Assembly (NCBI GenBank): GCA_000165345.1
Contig: CM000433.1
Location: forward strand, 576,001 to 640,000
Direction: 5' to 3'
Length of the DNA stretch: 64,000 nucleotides
Made by a program: the position numbers and the translations under genes. Positions 10,257-20,311 of this stretch are shown here, piece after piece. Below the pieces are notes generated by a model. The model was not told the DNA's origin. It saw only the letters and a program-made list of their open reading frames with translations, and made no database searches. Within the stretch, counting starts at the first letter, position 1. Each line of letters begins with the position of its first letter.

Positions 10257-13200
10257 ATGAAAGCGGCTCTGATTTTGGTTATTAGCATTGTAATTTGCTT
10301 TAAAAATGTATTTTCGCAAGGTGAAGAACTAATCAATAATATTAATGAGATTCAAAATTTGAATATAAATAAAACAATTAATGAAACTGTAAGATTAAAT
10401 GATAAAAAAGCTGATAATTCCACAAAGGAAGAAGATAAAGGATTTAGAATAAATCCAATTTCTTGGGACAATGTATTGAACGGATTAAGTGATATTTTTA
10501 ATGAAATTAATTGCTTATTTAATAAATTATGGGAATCTATAAGAATTTATATTAAAGGCAAAGAGGGTGTTTCAGAGGAAAATGAAATAAATACATTTAA
10601 TCAATCATTAATAAATTCTTCATCCACACTTGTAAAAAATCTTGAAGACAGACTCTTATGGTCATTCACAATTCCAGAATTTAAAATTAAGCTACCAAGT
10701 TTAAATACAACGGGGATTTTATTTGGAAATAAAAGTGCTAAAGATAAACAGAAGTTGGAACTAATGAAAATCAATCGCTCAACTTCAGAGGAGGAAATAT
10801 TGTCAGGGATTTTACTTTCATGTGCATTTTTTGCTTTGTATTTGATTTGCTGGATTTTTGCATATGTGAAAGATTTGTCTGATTGGGTTAGTATATTAAA
10901 AAGACCGAATTTGATATTTTTACAACAAATTCCAAGCAACAATCAATTGAAAAGTAAAAATGAAGAGAGAATTAACATGTTTAATGGGATAAAGTTCCCA
11001 TATACCAATTTATATTTTATTCCACCGATCAAAATGAAAGTGGGGTATGTAAGAATATTAACTATTACCATGCAAACAGTATTTTTTCCGCTAACTCTCA
11101 TTCATTTTATAACTTCAAAATTTAAAGTTTCTCATTTTCACTTTGAATATTTCAATAGCAAATTAAAGAGTTATTATGAGACAATGAAAAATGATGGATT
11201 TGTTTTGAATTACTTTTATATGACAAACCAGGAATATAGGTCTAAAGATGGAATCAAAATATCAGAGAAAAAATTTTCAAAAAGTATTTACGATGAAAAT
11301 ATTGTATTATTGAATATTATTAGATTTATTTCTTCTAAAGAGAATTCTAATAAACTTCCATCTATGGAAGATTTGAAGAATTGGTGTCATGGATTTTGGT
11401 TCAAGGCAAATAAGATAGATATATCGCAATATAAGGAGTTACTTCCAAGAATTGCTTGTCTTATCATTTTAAGAAAGCTTGTCCGAAGTGAGCAAATTTC
11501 TTATGACTATCTAAGAAGGTTAAGGATGCAAATAATTGGAGCTAACAATCAAGCAGATCTTGTGAGAGATTGGATCAAGTCTACATTAGTAAGAAATAAT
11601 CCAAAACTCAATTTTCCAAATCAATGGACTCAAAGAAGTCCTACAGGATCAATAAAGATTAATATTCATGATAATGGAATTTATACTCTTATTAATGATT
11701 ATTTGAATAGAGTTGGGATTCATTCTGAATGCCAAATAAAATTACTAATGGAATTAACTTCAGGACAAGTTCAAAATTTGGAATGTTATTTGTGGCTAAT
11801 TGATGAGCTTCAAACAATATGTATTCACCCAAGGATACTATGTGATTGTATTAAAGGATTTGATTCTTTGGAATGGATTGGTCCAATGGGATTTTTACCA
11901 TTTGACAATATTAAATCGATATTGATAAATGATACCGTTGCAGGAACTGTTACATTAACATTGGAAGAAAATAAGTCGAAATCTAAAGTTCTTAAAAGAG
12001 AAGTTACTTCTAGGGCAAACAAATCTAATGGAAAAATATCCACATTTGAAGGAAATTTACGCATTTCAGAAATTGAAAAAACGTATAAAAATAATCCCAT
12101 CATAAAGTTTACGGTATTAGAAGAAAAAGATGATATTTCAAGCTTAAACCACTTAATAAAAAGTCTCATACCACAATCAAGGTCAAAACAAAGTTATGAC
12201 AATGAGCTTTCTGACTTTTCTACAGAAGCTTCAATGACTATGGACCTCAATTCAACATTGAACAGTACTTTACCAAGAAGTGTATTAAATGAAGGAACAA
12301 ATGATGTATTTTGGGGTGAAAAGTTGAATATCAGATCAAAAAATGTCAAGGGAGATTATGAAATAGATTATAATTCAACATGTTTTTGGGATTTTGATAT
12401 GCCAATACCATTTACAGCCACATCTGTATTAATTAACAATGTTTTAACTTATGTTTGGATTAATTATGATTCAAAATTACTCTGTATTCAAAGAAAGGAT
12501 TCTCCTATCGAAAAAACAGGAGATTTCAAGTCTAATGATAATTTAAAGAATCAATTAAGCCAAATTAATCAATTGAAAGAATCTATGGCTCTAAATAAAA
12601 TTAGAAGTTTTGATGATGATATAGTAATTGAGAGTGTGAATAACACTCCAAATTCTGATTCATGTATTGAAATTTTGAATCTAGGTAATATTCTTGGTGA
12701 GAAAAATAAAGAAATCAAGTATTCTAGTGATAATCACATTAATAACAAAGCAAATACTGTTACAAGAGGATTTATGGATAAAGGAAGATTATCCACAAAT
12801 TTTGACCAAGACAAACAAGAGGAAATTGAGGCAGAAGCACATAATATTGTCAATAAATGGTTGCCGTTTGACAAGAGCTTATATTCAGCTTTTGGTGTTT
12901 TGACATATGATGATATCCAAAATCTTCATCCTGTATATGCAGTACCTGGTATTTTAAACGGAGCTTTTTGTACTAGAGGGTTTTTTATTGGATCAATTAT
13001 TAATGTGCATGTTATTGGAGACTTTGTTGATGATATTATTGATGAATATGCAATTGGAATAGAATCTCAGTTACTAATTACCTTTGAGGGCGGATTAAGT
13101 TTAAGAATTAATACTTTTTCCCAAGGAGCAGCGAACTCTCTTAAGGAGAATTTGGAATCAATTATCGATAATTTAGAAGAAAATATTTTATTACCCATGA

Positions 13201-14036
13201 GACAAAGTATAAGTAATATAAGTAAAGAAAGTAAAAAAGAACTAAATAGTGAAAGCAATCTAGTAACTAATTTGGAAGATACTTTATTTTCAGTTGGGGT
13301 AAGCCCTCCTGATTTGATTTCTCGTTGTGAACAGTTGACTGAATATGAGAAAACCTCTTTCAAAGATAGCTTTATAAAAAGTTTTACAAAATTCAACCCT
13401 CTAATTGGAAGACTTCAATGGAACTCATCCTCTCCAAGGACATATAGGTGGCTTTCATATACTGCAAGTACTTCTTTATCACACTTTTTAATATTCTATC
13501 TTTTGAGTTCTATACCAAGAATTAACAAGGTTGAAAATGGAATTTTGGTTGGTTGGATTGCATATTGTATATTAAATATATCAAAGATAACTTTAGACAC
13601 AGCTATGGGATTTTCCTCAGTATTAAATATCATGTCAATAAGACAACAAGCTGCTTATTCATATTTTAGATTATGGTCTATTTGGCTTACTTCAAGCTTT
13701 TGTATTCTAATTACAATAGTTTTATCAGTTTTAACTATTTTACAGTCAGCAAAGCCTATAAACAATATTGAAGCATCAAGTGGATTCATTCTCAATGATA
13801 TTAATTATTCCATTTCAACATGGATCGCTGGATTTATTGTCACTTTTCTATCATTATTCCTCCAGCCTTTGGTTCTAGCTTTGAGTTATAGCATTATATT
13901 ATTACTTTCTAAGAAAACAAGTTCATTTGATGGACTTGTGGCATTCTTCAAGACATTCAGCGATATTCACGTCAACAAAAATGGACGAATGCCAGTGAGA
14001 CCTGAATGTGTTATTAAGATGCAATGTAAACATTAA
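10257..14036 (+). CDS. hypothetical secreted/membrane protein (1259 aa), with an N-terminal signal peptide and a C-terminal multi-TM region
   Basis: The ORF has a classic signal peptide, MKAALILVISIVICFKNVFSQ. There is one internal TM segment (ILLSCAFFALYLICWIFAYV) and at least four C-terminal hydrophobic helices. I recognise no conserved domain. Confidence 0.75.
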   Translation: MKAALILVISIVICFKNVFSQGEELINNINEIQNLNINKTINETVRLNDKKADNSTKEEDKGFRINPISWDNVLNGLSDIFNEINCLFNKLWESIRIYIKGKEGVSEENEINTFNQSLINSSSTLVKNLEDRLLWSFTIPEFKIKLPSLNTTGILFGNKSAKDKQKLELMKINRSTSEEEILSGILLSCAFFALYLICWIFAYVKDLSDWVSILKRPNLIFLQQIPSNNQLKSKNEERINMFNGIKFPYTNLYFIPPIKMKVGYVRILTITMQTVFFPLTLIHFITSKFKVSHFHFEYFNSKLKSYYETMKNDGFVLNYFYMTNQEYRSKDGIKISEKKFSKSIYDENIVLLNIIRFISSKENSNKLPSMEDLKNWCHGFWFKANKIDISQYKELLPRIACLIILRKLVRSEQISYDYLRRLRMQIIGANNQADLVRDWIKSTLVRNNPKLNFPNQWTQRSPTGSIKINIHDNGIYTLINDYLNRVGIHSECQIKLLMELTSGQVQNLECYLWLIDELQTICIHPRILCDCIKGFDSLEWIGPMGFLPFDNIKSILINDTVAGTVTLTLEENKSKSKVLKREVTSRANKSNGKISTFEGNLRISEIEKTYKNNPIIKFTVLEEKDDISSLNHLIKSLIPQSRSKQSYDNELSDFSTEASMTMDLNSTLNSTLPRSVLNEGTNDVFWGEKLNIRSKNVKGDYEIDYNSTCFWDFDMPIPFTATSVLINNVLTYVWINYDSKLLCIQRKDSPIEKTGDFKSNDNLKNQLSQINQLKESMALNKIRSFDDDIVIESVNNTPNSDSCIEILNLGNILGEKNKEIKYSSDNHINNKANTVTRGFMDKGRLSTNFDQDKQEEIEAEAHNIVNKWLPFDKSLYSAFGVLTYDDIQNLHPVYAVPGILNGAFCTRGFFIGSIINVHVIGDFVDDIIDEYAIGIESQLLITFEGGLSLRINTFSQGAANSLKENLESIIDNLEENILLPMRQSISNISKESKKELNSESNLVTNLEDTLFSVGVSPPDLISRCEQLTEYEKTSFKDSFIKSFTKFNPLIGRLQWNSSSPRTYRWLSYTASTSLSHFLIFYLLSSIPRINKVENGILVGWIAYCILNISKITLDTAMGFSSVLNIMSIRQQAAYSYFRLWSIWLTSSFCILITIVLSVLTILQSAKPINNIEASSGFILNDINYSISTWIAGFIVTFLSLFLQPLVLALSYSIILLLSKKTSSFDGLVAFFKTFSDIHVNKNGRMPVRPECVIKMQCKH

Positions 14037-14605
14037 TCAAACCTAACAAGTTGTGTGGAAGCTAAAGAAATGGGGAGTGAATATATTGAAATTATTTGTC
14101 TATGAAGGTTATATTTTCATAAAGAAAAAATCATTTTTTTTGTAAAATATAAATAAAAAAAAGAATAAAAAGAAATTTCTTTAATAAACAAAATCCAATC
14201 ATTATTTCGAGTTATAATATTCAACTATTTCATTAATTAAATATTTGATTTTGGCGGGAACGCTCCGAGTAAATATTTACATGTAAAAAAGAGTTATATA
14301 ATTAAAAGAGAGATAATGGGAATTAAAAAAGAGCGATTAATAAAGTGGTGGAGAGGAGTCTTTTGAAAAGATACGTTATTTTTTAGATACTATAAGAGGA
14401 GTTTGGTAATTATTTATTTAGTGAATAAATAGTGGACATTTGTATAAAGGTGGTGAATGATTAGGAGATAAAAAATTGATTGGAATTACATCAGGAGAAA
14501 AAGCTAAGCTAAATTAAATTGATTAAAGAGAAAAGTATTAGAAAAAGAATAACTGAGTAATTAGGAGGATATAAATATTGATTAGAAGAGTAAATAAAGT
14601 TAAGA

Positions 14606-16546
14606 ATGAATTTGGTAACCAATTTGTTAAATAAGACAAGAATGCAAGTAAAGAAGGTAAAGCTGTTATTGATTCTATTATCAGCTTTGGCGATTTTTGA
14701 ATTTTGTTTAGGAACAGATTTGACAGCAGATTTGGACTCTTATTCAGCAGTTACAGCTGATCCAACAAGTAGCACAAAATTATTAAATTTAGTAGCACAA
14801 GAAGCAGTTCCTACACATGGAGGGAATAGATTTATGGATATTGGGGATGGATTGGCCACACAACACGTTATTGAAAAAATCAATTCATATACACCTCAAA
14901 ACTTGGAGGTAGCAGAAAGGTATGCAGCTAATATGGTAGCAATAAGTAAGCTCAGAGAAGAAATTTACACTGATGCTAAGGAATATCACGAGTCCATTAA
15001 ATTACAATTAGAAGCAGTTCCAGAGAGTAAGAAGCTTAATGAGATACTGAAGAATTCTGAGTTAAAGATGAAAAAAACAGAGCAAAATTATTTGGAATCA
15101 AAAAAAGCTGCAGAAAGATCTCTTGAGATTTATATGAAATTTATAAGACCAACAACTGAGAATGTTTTGATCAAAGCAGAAGCAACTGAAGGAAAAGGCT
15201 TGAAGATAGCTCATGACGAATTAGCAAATATGGAATCAATTTCATTACCAGATATGGATACTAGTGGATATGAGCCTTTGGATGCAGATGCATCATTACT
15301 AAGTATTGCAGAAAGTGTATTACCTCCAGAAGAAACAAAAGAAAGTTTGATTAATAAGGCTTTAGAAAAGATTTCAGCAACAATTGAGGATGACTTCATG
15401 AATAACAATGATTCAGATGGAAAAGGAAATAAATCTGATAAAAAGTTAGTAGTTGAAGATTTAGGTAATGGTGATGATGATGATGAAGATGATGATATTG
15501 AGGAAGATGAAGACAATGATCAAGATTTCGATGTTAGGGATAAGAGTGTTTCAAATAAAGAAACAAAAGATGTTTCTATTAATAAATCAGAGACAATTTC
15601 ACAAGTTGGTAAAAGTGAAGAAATATTTGGAAGTACAATAACTAGTTCTAATGATGAAAACAAAAATGATAAGATTTTGACATCTTTTCCATCATCGATT
15701 TCTGCTTCATTCCCATCAGCTGCTGATCCAACAAATAAGAATAAGAAAATTATTATGATTCCAGGAGGGACTAGTTTAAGTGGTAAAGTTCCTGAGCATT
15801 TTCAATATATTTTCAGGAGAAGTTATTTATTAGTTTATATTGCTTCAATATTTGTTGAATCATATGTATTACCACAATTCTTTACAGAAAACCCTGCAAT
15901 CAAATTATATTCATTTTTTAGAATAAAAAGGACATTTATATCTCACATATTATTTGGTTTGGCAAGCAAATATAGAATCATTTTCAAAGAGTTACAGAGA
16001 CTACCTTTTATTTACAAGGATTCAGAACTTAAAGAAAAAATTGAAAAAGTTGCATTTGATTTATCAGCCACAAATCTTCTTCTTCAAAATGCTTTATCCG
16101 ATTCTGAAGAAGGTTACAAAAACGTTGCAAGTTTATTAGTAGAGTTTCCATTCAAAGTAAAAGAAGTTTTTTCAAAGTTTTCTGCTCCTATTCGAGTTAA
16201 TTATCCAAATATTGATTATTCTTTTGTAATGAGTGAATCAATCTATTCTGCTCCAAAACCATTCTTTCCAGAGCTTTCCCCATTAGAAATTGAGAACTTG
16301 AAACTTTTTGATAAAGAACTTTCATCAAAGCTTGAAGAATTTGATATTAAGGAATCTTTAAGTGATCTAAGAGAATCTCAGCTATGGATTAAGGATTATG
16401 TTTTAAGAAATGCAGCCTATAGGCATTATCAATTTGAAAAGAGTCATAATATTCGTCCATACTTTGATTTTTCTCAATTCAATATCTGTTTAGTACCTCA
16501 AGTTGAAGAATTTTTAAAGTCGTCATCGATTAAAAAGAGTGATTAA
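14606..16546 (+). CDS. hypothetical secreted acidic protein (646 aa)
   Basis: The ORF has a signal-peptide-like N-terminus, MQVKKVKLLLILLSALAIFEFCLG. The D/E-rich tract is GDDDDEDDDIEEDEDNDQD. An E2F-like box at 14259-14271 (ttttggcgggaac) lies about 340 bp upstream. Confidence 0.7.
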   Translation: MNLVTNLLNKTRMQVKKVKLLLILLSALAIFEFCLGTDLTADLDSYSAVTADPTSSTKLLNLVAQEAVPTHGGNRFMDIGDGLATQHVIEKINSYTPQNLEVAERYAANMVAISKLREEIYTDAKEYHESIKLQLEAVPESKKLNEILKNSELKMKKTEQNYLESKKAAERSLEIYMKFIRPTTENVLIKAEATEGKGLKIAHDELANMESISLPDMDTSGYEPLDADASLLSIAESVLPPEETKESLINKALEKISATIEDDFMNNNDSDGKGNKSDKKLVVEDLGNGDDDDEDDDIEEDEDNDQDFDVRDKSVSNKETKDVSINKSETISQVGKSEEIFGSTITSSNDENKNDKILTSFPSSISASFPSAADPTNKNKKIIMIPGGTSLSGKVPEHFQYIFRRSYLLVYIASIFVESYVLPQFFTENPAIKLYSFFRIKRTFISHILFGLASKYRIIFKELQRLPFIYKDSELKEKIEKVAFDLSATNLLLQNALSDSEEGYKNVASLLVEFPFKVKEVFSKFSAPIRVNYPNIDYSFVMSESIYSAPKPFFPELSPLEIENLKLFDKELSSKLEEFDIKESLSDLRESQLWIKDYVLRNAAYRHYQFEKSHNIRPYFDFSQFNICLVPQVEEFLKSSSIKKSD

Positions 16547-17271
16547 GTTAAGTTGATTTTTGATACAACTACTAATACTGTTAAGGTAAATCTTGTATAT
16601 TTGGATTATCTCAGTATCAAATAGAATGAAAATAAAGCAATCTCTTTAATAATATATATGTATATATATATATATATATATGTATCTATATTTATATCTA
16701 TTAGATGGAAGAATGAACACATTCCACGTAATATATATTATTAAAATATGCTTAAGTTTATTTTAATGGTTAAGTTTAAGCAAAAAGAAAAGAGAATTTA
16801 TTTAGTTACCTTCAGTATTACTCTAGACACTATTACTAATTTGGGGCTAATTTCTTTTCATTACTTATTCTTCTCTTTCAAACATAATTACGTTTTTTAA
16901 TTTTTTTTGAAAAAATTCTAACTCAAAAATTTCTACCCTTTAATATTTAATACAATAAATGTATGAGATTTTGAAACTCACTTATAGATATATCTACACT
17001 ATTTGTTTTTGTTCATTATTAAGTTGAATATAATCTTTATCATTCTTATTTAGAACGATTCAAAACCTAAAAAAACTTTTTATCATAGTTTGATCATCTA
17101 ATACCGGCATGTAGTAAATTATTTCAGGTACCCGGCTTCCCGCTTAAATTTAACAAGAAATTATGAAAAAAAGTCGAAATAATGGACATAAAATAATATT
17201 TTGATAATAAAAGTTTGGAGGGTATAAAAAAGTAAAATTCTAATTTAATTTATAGTATTTGTGAATAGAAA

Positions 17272-18279
17272 TTGAAAGAAATGAATTTGATAATAGGAAA
17301 GGGAAGAAAGCTTTCTTTGCATATTATGGTTTTGGCTTTAATCTTGGTAATTCAGTTAACTCAGTGTGTAAAATGCCTAGACATAACTAGATTAAACGCT
17401 CTTTTGCCAGGAGAGCGATATAATTTGTATACTTCGTTATCGAAAAAAAGAGCTTCATTCTTGGAATTATATTTAATTGAAGAGGAGAAGAATGATGAGG
17501 AAGGAGAACCAAAGGTTAAAGTAGAAACTGATTGTATGTTGAGCGTTTTACAATACAAATTGGTAGATTTATTGATAGGAGATCGTGAACTTAATCAGAA
17601 TTTTGATACAATTACAGCAAAAAAGTGTTTGAGAAAAAGTTTAAGTCAGTTGCAGAGCTTTTATGTACGATTTTTTGATTTAAAACTAATTTACAAACCA
17701 AACTGTTTTGAGAGAGCTTGTTTTAAGAAACCAGAGAAGGTTTTCTTTAAAAATTTGGAGAATCTTGCTCTATCTATGTATTTTTTTTTCACTGTAAATA
17801 ATTTAATAAAAGAAAAAGGTGGTTTTTCAAGAGAATTGGCTCTTCCACAGGAATTGGAACATAAAAATGAAGCAATTTCTGTTTTGAATAATGTCAATCA
17901 ACTTCATTCATATAAAGAAGGCTTAAAAGTTTGCATGAAATTTAATATGTTGGACATTATGTTATATCCAAGACTAAACAATAAGACTCTATTATCAGAA
18001 TTTAAGATTTTCTCTTCAATAGTACGTATTTTGACAGCTAATGTTGAAAAACATGTTCGTTTGTACAAATATAACAAAAATAATTTTGAAATAAATGGGA
18101 AAAAAAATTATAGCAAGAAGTTGATTTCAGATATTAAGAACATTAGGTCTTCAATGAAACTGCTTTCCTATGTAATTCTCACTAAATACTTTATCATTGC
18201 AGACATTTTTAATTTGGAAATATATGAACAGATTTACAATTCTATCATCAATACTAATACCACTTATAATGCATATTAA
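17272..18279 (+). CDS. hypothetical secreted protein (335 aa)
   Basis: The ORF has an N-terminal signal peptide, LSLHIMVLALILVIQLTQCVKC. An aataccggcatg motif at 17099-17114 lies upstream. Confidence 0.6.
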   Translation: MKEMNLIIGKGRKLSLHIMVLALILVIQLTQCVKCLDITRLNALLPGERYNLYTSLSKKRASFLELYLIEEEKNDEEGEPKVKVETDCMLSVLQYKLVDLLIGDRELNQNFDTITAKKCLRKSLSQLQSFYVRFFDLKLIYKPNCFERACFKKPEKVFFKNLENLALSMYFFFTVNNLIKEKGGFSRELALPQELEHKNEAISVLNNVNQLHSYKEGLKVCMKFNMLDIMLYPRLNNKTLLSEFKIFSSIVRILTANVEKHVRLYKYNKNNFEINGKKNYSKKLISDIKNIRSSMKLLSYVILTKYFIIADIFNLEIYEQIYNSIINTNTTYNAY

Positions 18280-18330
18280 AATCTTTTTATTACGTTTACA
18301 TATTCATGTGTTTAAATTTAATACTTTCAG

Positions 18331-18415
18331 AATTCCGGTAGTGAAATTCAGGAAATGGCGGGAAAAACATGCACAGTTATTTAACATAAATATATACTAT
18401 GCATGCATATGCGCA
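18331..18415. promoter_or_regulatory. orphan promoter-motif cluster (CCGGTAG, GGCGGGAAAAA, TGCATGCAT, GCGCAG) between convergent genes
   Basis: The cluster reads aattccggtagtg ... aaatggcgggaaaaacatgcac ... tatgcatgcatatgcgcag. It lies in the 3'-3' interval between the 17272(+) and 18601(-) genes. Confidence 0.4.
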
Positions 18416-18600
18416 GTTTATACTGGCTAAATGAATGATTCAAGGTTAATAATTAGTGAAGGTATGAAATATTTTCTTAGGAAAGTTTTGAAAGGCTTTC
18501 ATTACAAATAAAATATTGCTAAGGTTGGGGTGCCTCTAGCTTTCTTTTTGTTTAACTATAATTTCTAGTTTCTTCATTTTTCTTTTACTTCTTCTTTTTT

Positions 18601-19323
18601 TTATTCTTGTCTCTTTATTACCTTTTTAGTTAAGTAACAAAGAAGCAGAAGGTGCTTGACACTTTCGTGCATTGTAAGGAGGAGTAATTTTCCTGTATTA
18701 ATACATTCTAGAGCTTCAGAATGAGAGCAATGCGATGTATTTGCGATTATTCCATCTCTAATATTTACAATTTCTCTTCTTAAATCTTGGTCTTCAATAG
18801 ACCAATCCCAAGATCTTGCTAAAAGCATTTGAACTGTAATATCTTGAATATTAGCTAAATCAATTAATGAATAGTAATAGTATGCTCCTTGGTTTGCTAA
18901 AAGAAACTTATTTAATTGTTCATTCTCCAAATTTTTAACATAAACCTTTGGATAATTCAAAGCCACGATTTTTCTCTTAAATTCAGTTAAAAAAAGAAGT
19001 ATTGCAACTTTTAAAGTTTCTGTTGCCTCAAATATACTTAAATCTTTTCCTGATTCATTGTAGAAATCTTTCTGTTTCTCATCTGAAAGATCATCTTTAA
19101 GTTGTCTCAAGGTTTCTTCACTATAACATCTTTCTAGAACTTGACTATTCATTGATTCCAATATTATTTCTTCTTCATCTTTTATGTTATTGTTAATAGA
19201 TAGAGAATGAGCTTCTTCAAGGTGGAATTTTGCGTCTTTTTTTTTCACTACAACCACATCAAATTCACATAGACGACATGCTAGATAGTTTTGGATATTT
19301 TCAGTTAACTCTTTCTTCACCAT
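18601..19323 (-). CDS. hypothetical protein with an N-terminal U1/matrin-like C2H2 zinc finger (240 aa)
   Basis: The ORF is on the minus strand. It contains C-x2-C-x13-H-x4-H (CRLCEFDVVVVKKKDAKFHLEEAH). A TC-rich tract lies immediately 5' of its ATG. Confidence 0.6.
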   Translation of the reverse strand: MVKKELTENIQNYLACRLCEFDVVVVKKKDAKFHLEEAHSLSINNNIKDEEEIILESMNSQVLERCYSEETLRQLKDDLSDEKQKDFYNESGKDLSIFEATETLKVAILLFLTEFKRKIVALNYPKVYVKNLENEQLNKFLLANQGAYYYYSLIDLANIQDITVQMLLARSWDWSIEDQDLRREIVNIRDGIIANTSHCSHSEALECINTGKLLLLTMHESVKHLLLLCYLTKKVIKRQE

Positions 19324-19324
19324 T

Positions 19325-19612
19325 TCTTTCTTTCTTCCCTTTTTCTATCTTTCTGTTTCTGTTTCTGCTTCTGTTTCTCTTTCTGTTTCTCTTTCTCTTT
19401 TATTCTTTCTTTTTCTCTTTTCTTTCTCTATTCTGTTTCTCTTTCTGTTTCTCTTTCTCTTTCTATTTCTGTTTCTCTTTCTCTTTTATTCTTTCTTTTT
19501 CTCTTTTCTTTCTCTTTTCTGTTTCTCTTCTTCTTTCTCTTTCCCTTTCTCTTTCCCTTCCTCTTTATCTTCCTCTTTGTCTTCCTCTTCTTATTCTTAT
19601 ATACTCCACCTT
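19325..19612. repeat. about 290 bp polypyrimidine (CT)/GAGA-type low-complexity tract with an internal 47-bp exact duplication (19383-19429 and 19469-19515)
   Basis: ctgtttctctttctcttttattctttctttttctcttttctttctct occurs twice, 86 bp apart, inside a continuous T/C run. The tract abuts the start codon of the minus-strand gene. The FLFLFL... ORF at 19230-19616 is a translation artefact. Confidence 0.85.
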
Positions 19613-19830
19613 ATAACCTTTACAATTGTATTATATTGGCAAACACTGACTTTACCAATCACACAATTCTGTCCTTTCTATAAAGCCAACCAGATATTAA
19701 CACAACCAAAGTCTTTCTCAAACCAAAATACCTGTGTGCCAAATCCTCTAATCCTTAAAATCTCCAATAATTTATTTCAATTTTATCTTACAATTTTACA
19801 TCATCATCCCTACCTTATTTTATATTTGCC

Positions 19831-20150
19831 ATTTTTGGCGGGAAATGCAAATTTTTGAATTTTATTTATTACATGTACTAAAGGCGGAAAAAATTAAAAT
19901 AAAAAATAAATAATTCCTACTTGCTTTAATTCTTTCATATTCACACGTGCCACCAAATAAAACTTCTGAAATTAAAACTTAACTCAATCTACTTCATATC
20001 CACATCTCCACACCCCAAATATTCCCTGATCACTTCTTCTCTCATTCCTTCACTAATTTTCATCTCACTTTTTTAAGCCCAATGTCAATTTTACAAAATT
20101 AGTCTCGGCGCCAAAATTTTACCAGTATCTAAATCATGTATTGGCGCCAC
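19831..20150. promoter_or_regulatory. bidirectional promoter region with three E2F-like boxes (tttttggcgggaaatg; ctcggcgccaaaatttt; attggcgccac)
   Basis: It lies between the divergent genes 18601-19323(-) and 20312-26155(+). Confidence 0.5.
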
Positions 20151-20311
20151 TATCAATAAAAAGAATGTATGAATAAATATTAACTTACAAGGTTAATAAA
20201 CGTTATGCCAAAATAAAGAACAAGAGGAAAAAAGTTCATATCAAACCCAAATAGCAAGCTGTAAAAAATAAGTATTTACTTCATTCAGCTTGTGAAGCTT
20301 CCTGCTTTTAC

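Noticed and set aside
19325-19612. Possible CRISPR-like array or prokaryotic repeat
   Set aside because: The repeats are simple pyrimidine tracts with no unique spacers. All context is eukaryotic: introns, E2F promoters, eS10, ADF.
19230-19616. 128-aa plus-strand ORF (FLFLFLF..., SLSLSL...) reported in the ORF track
   Set aside because: It is a translation of the polypyrimidine repeat tract. The composition is pure low complexity, and it overlaps the start of the real minus-strand gene.
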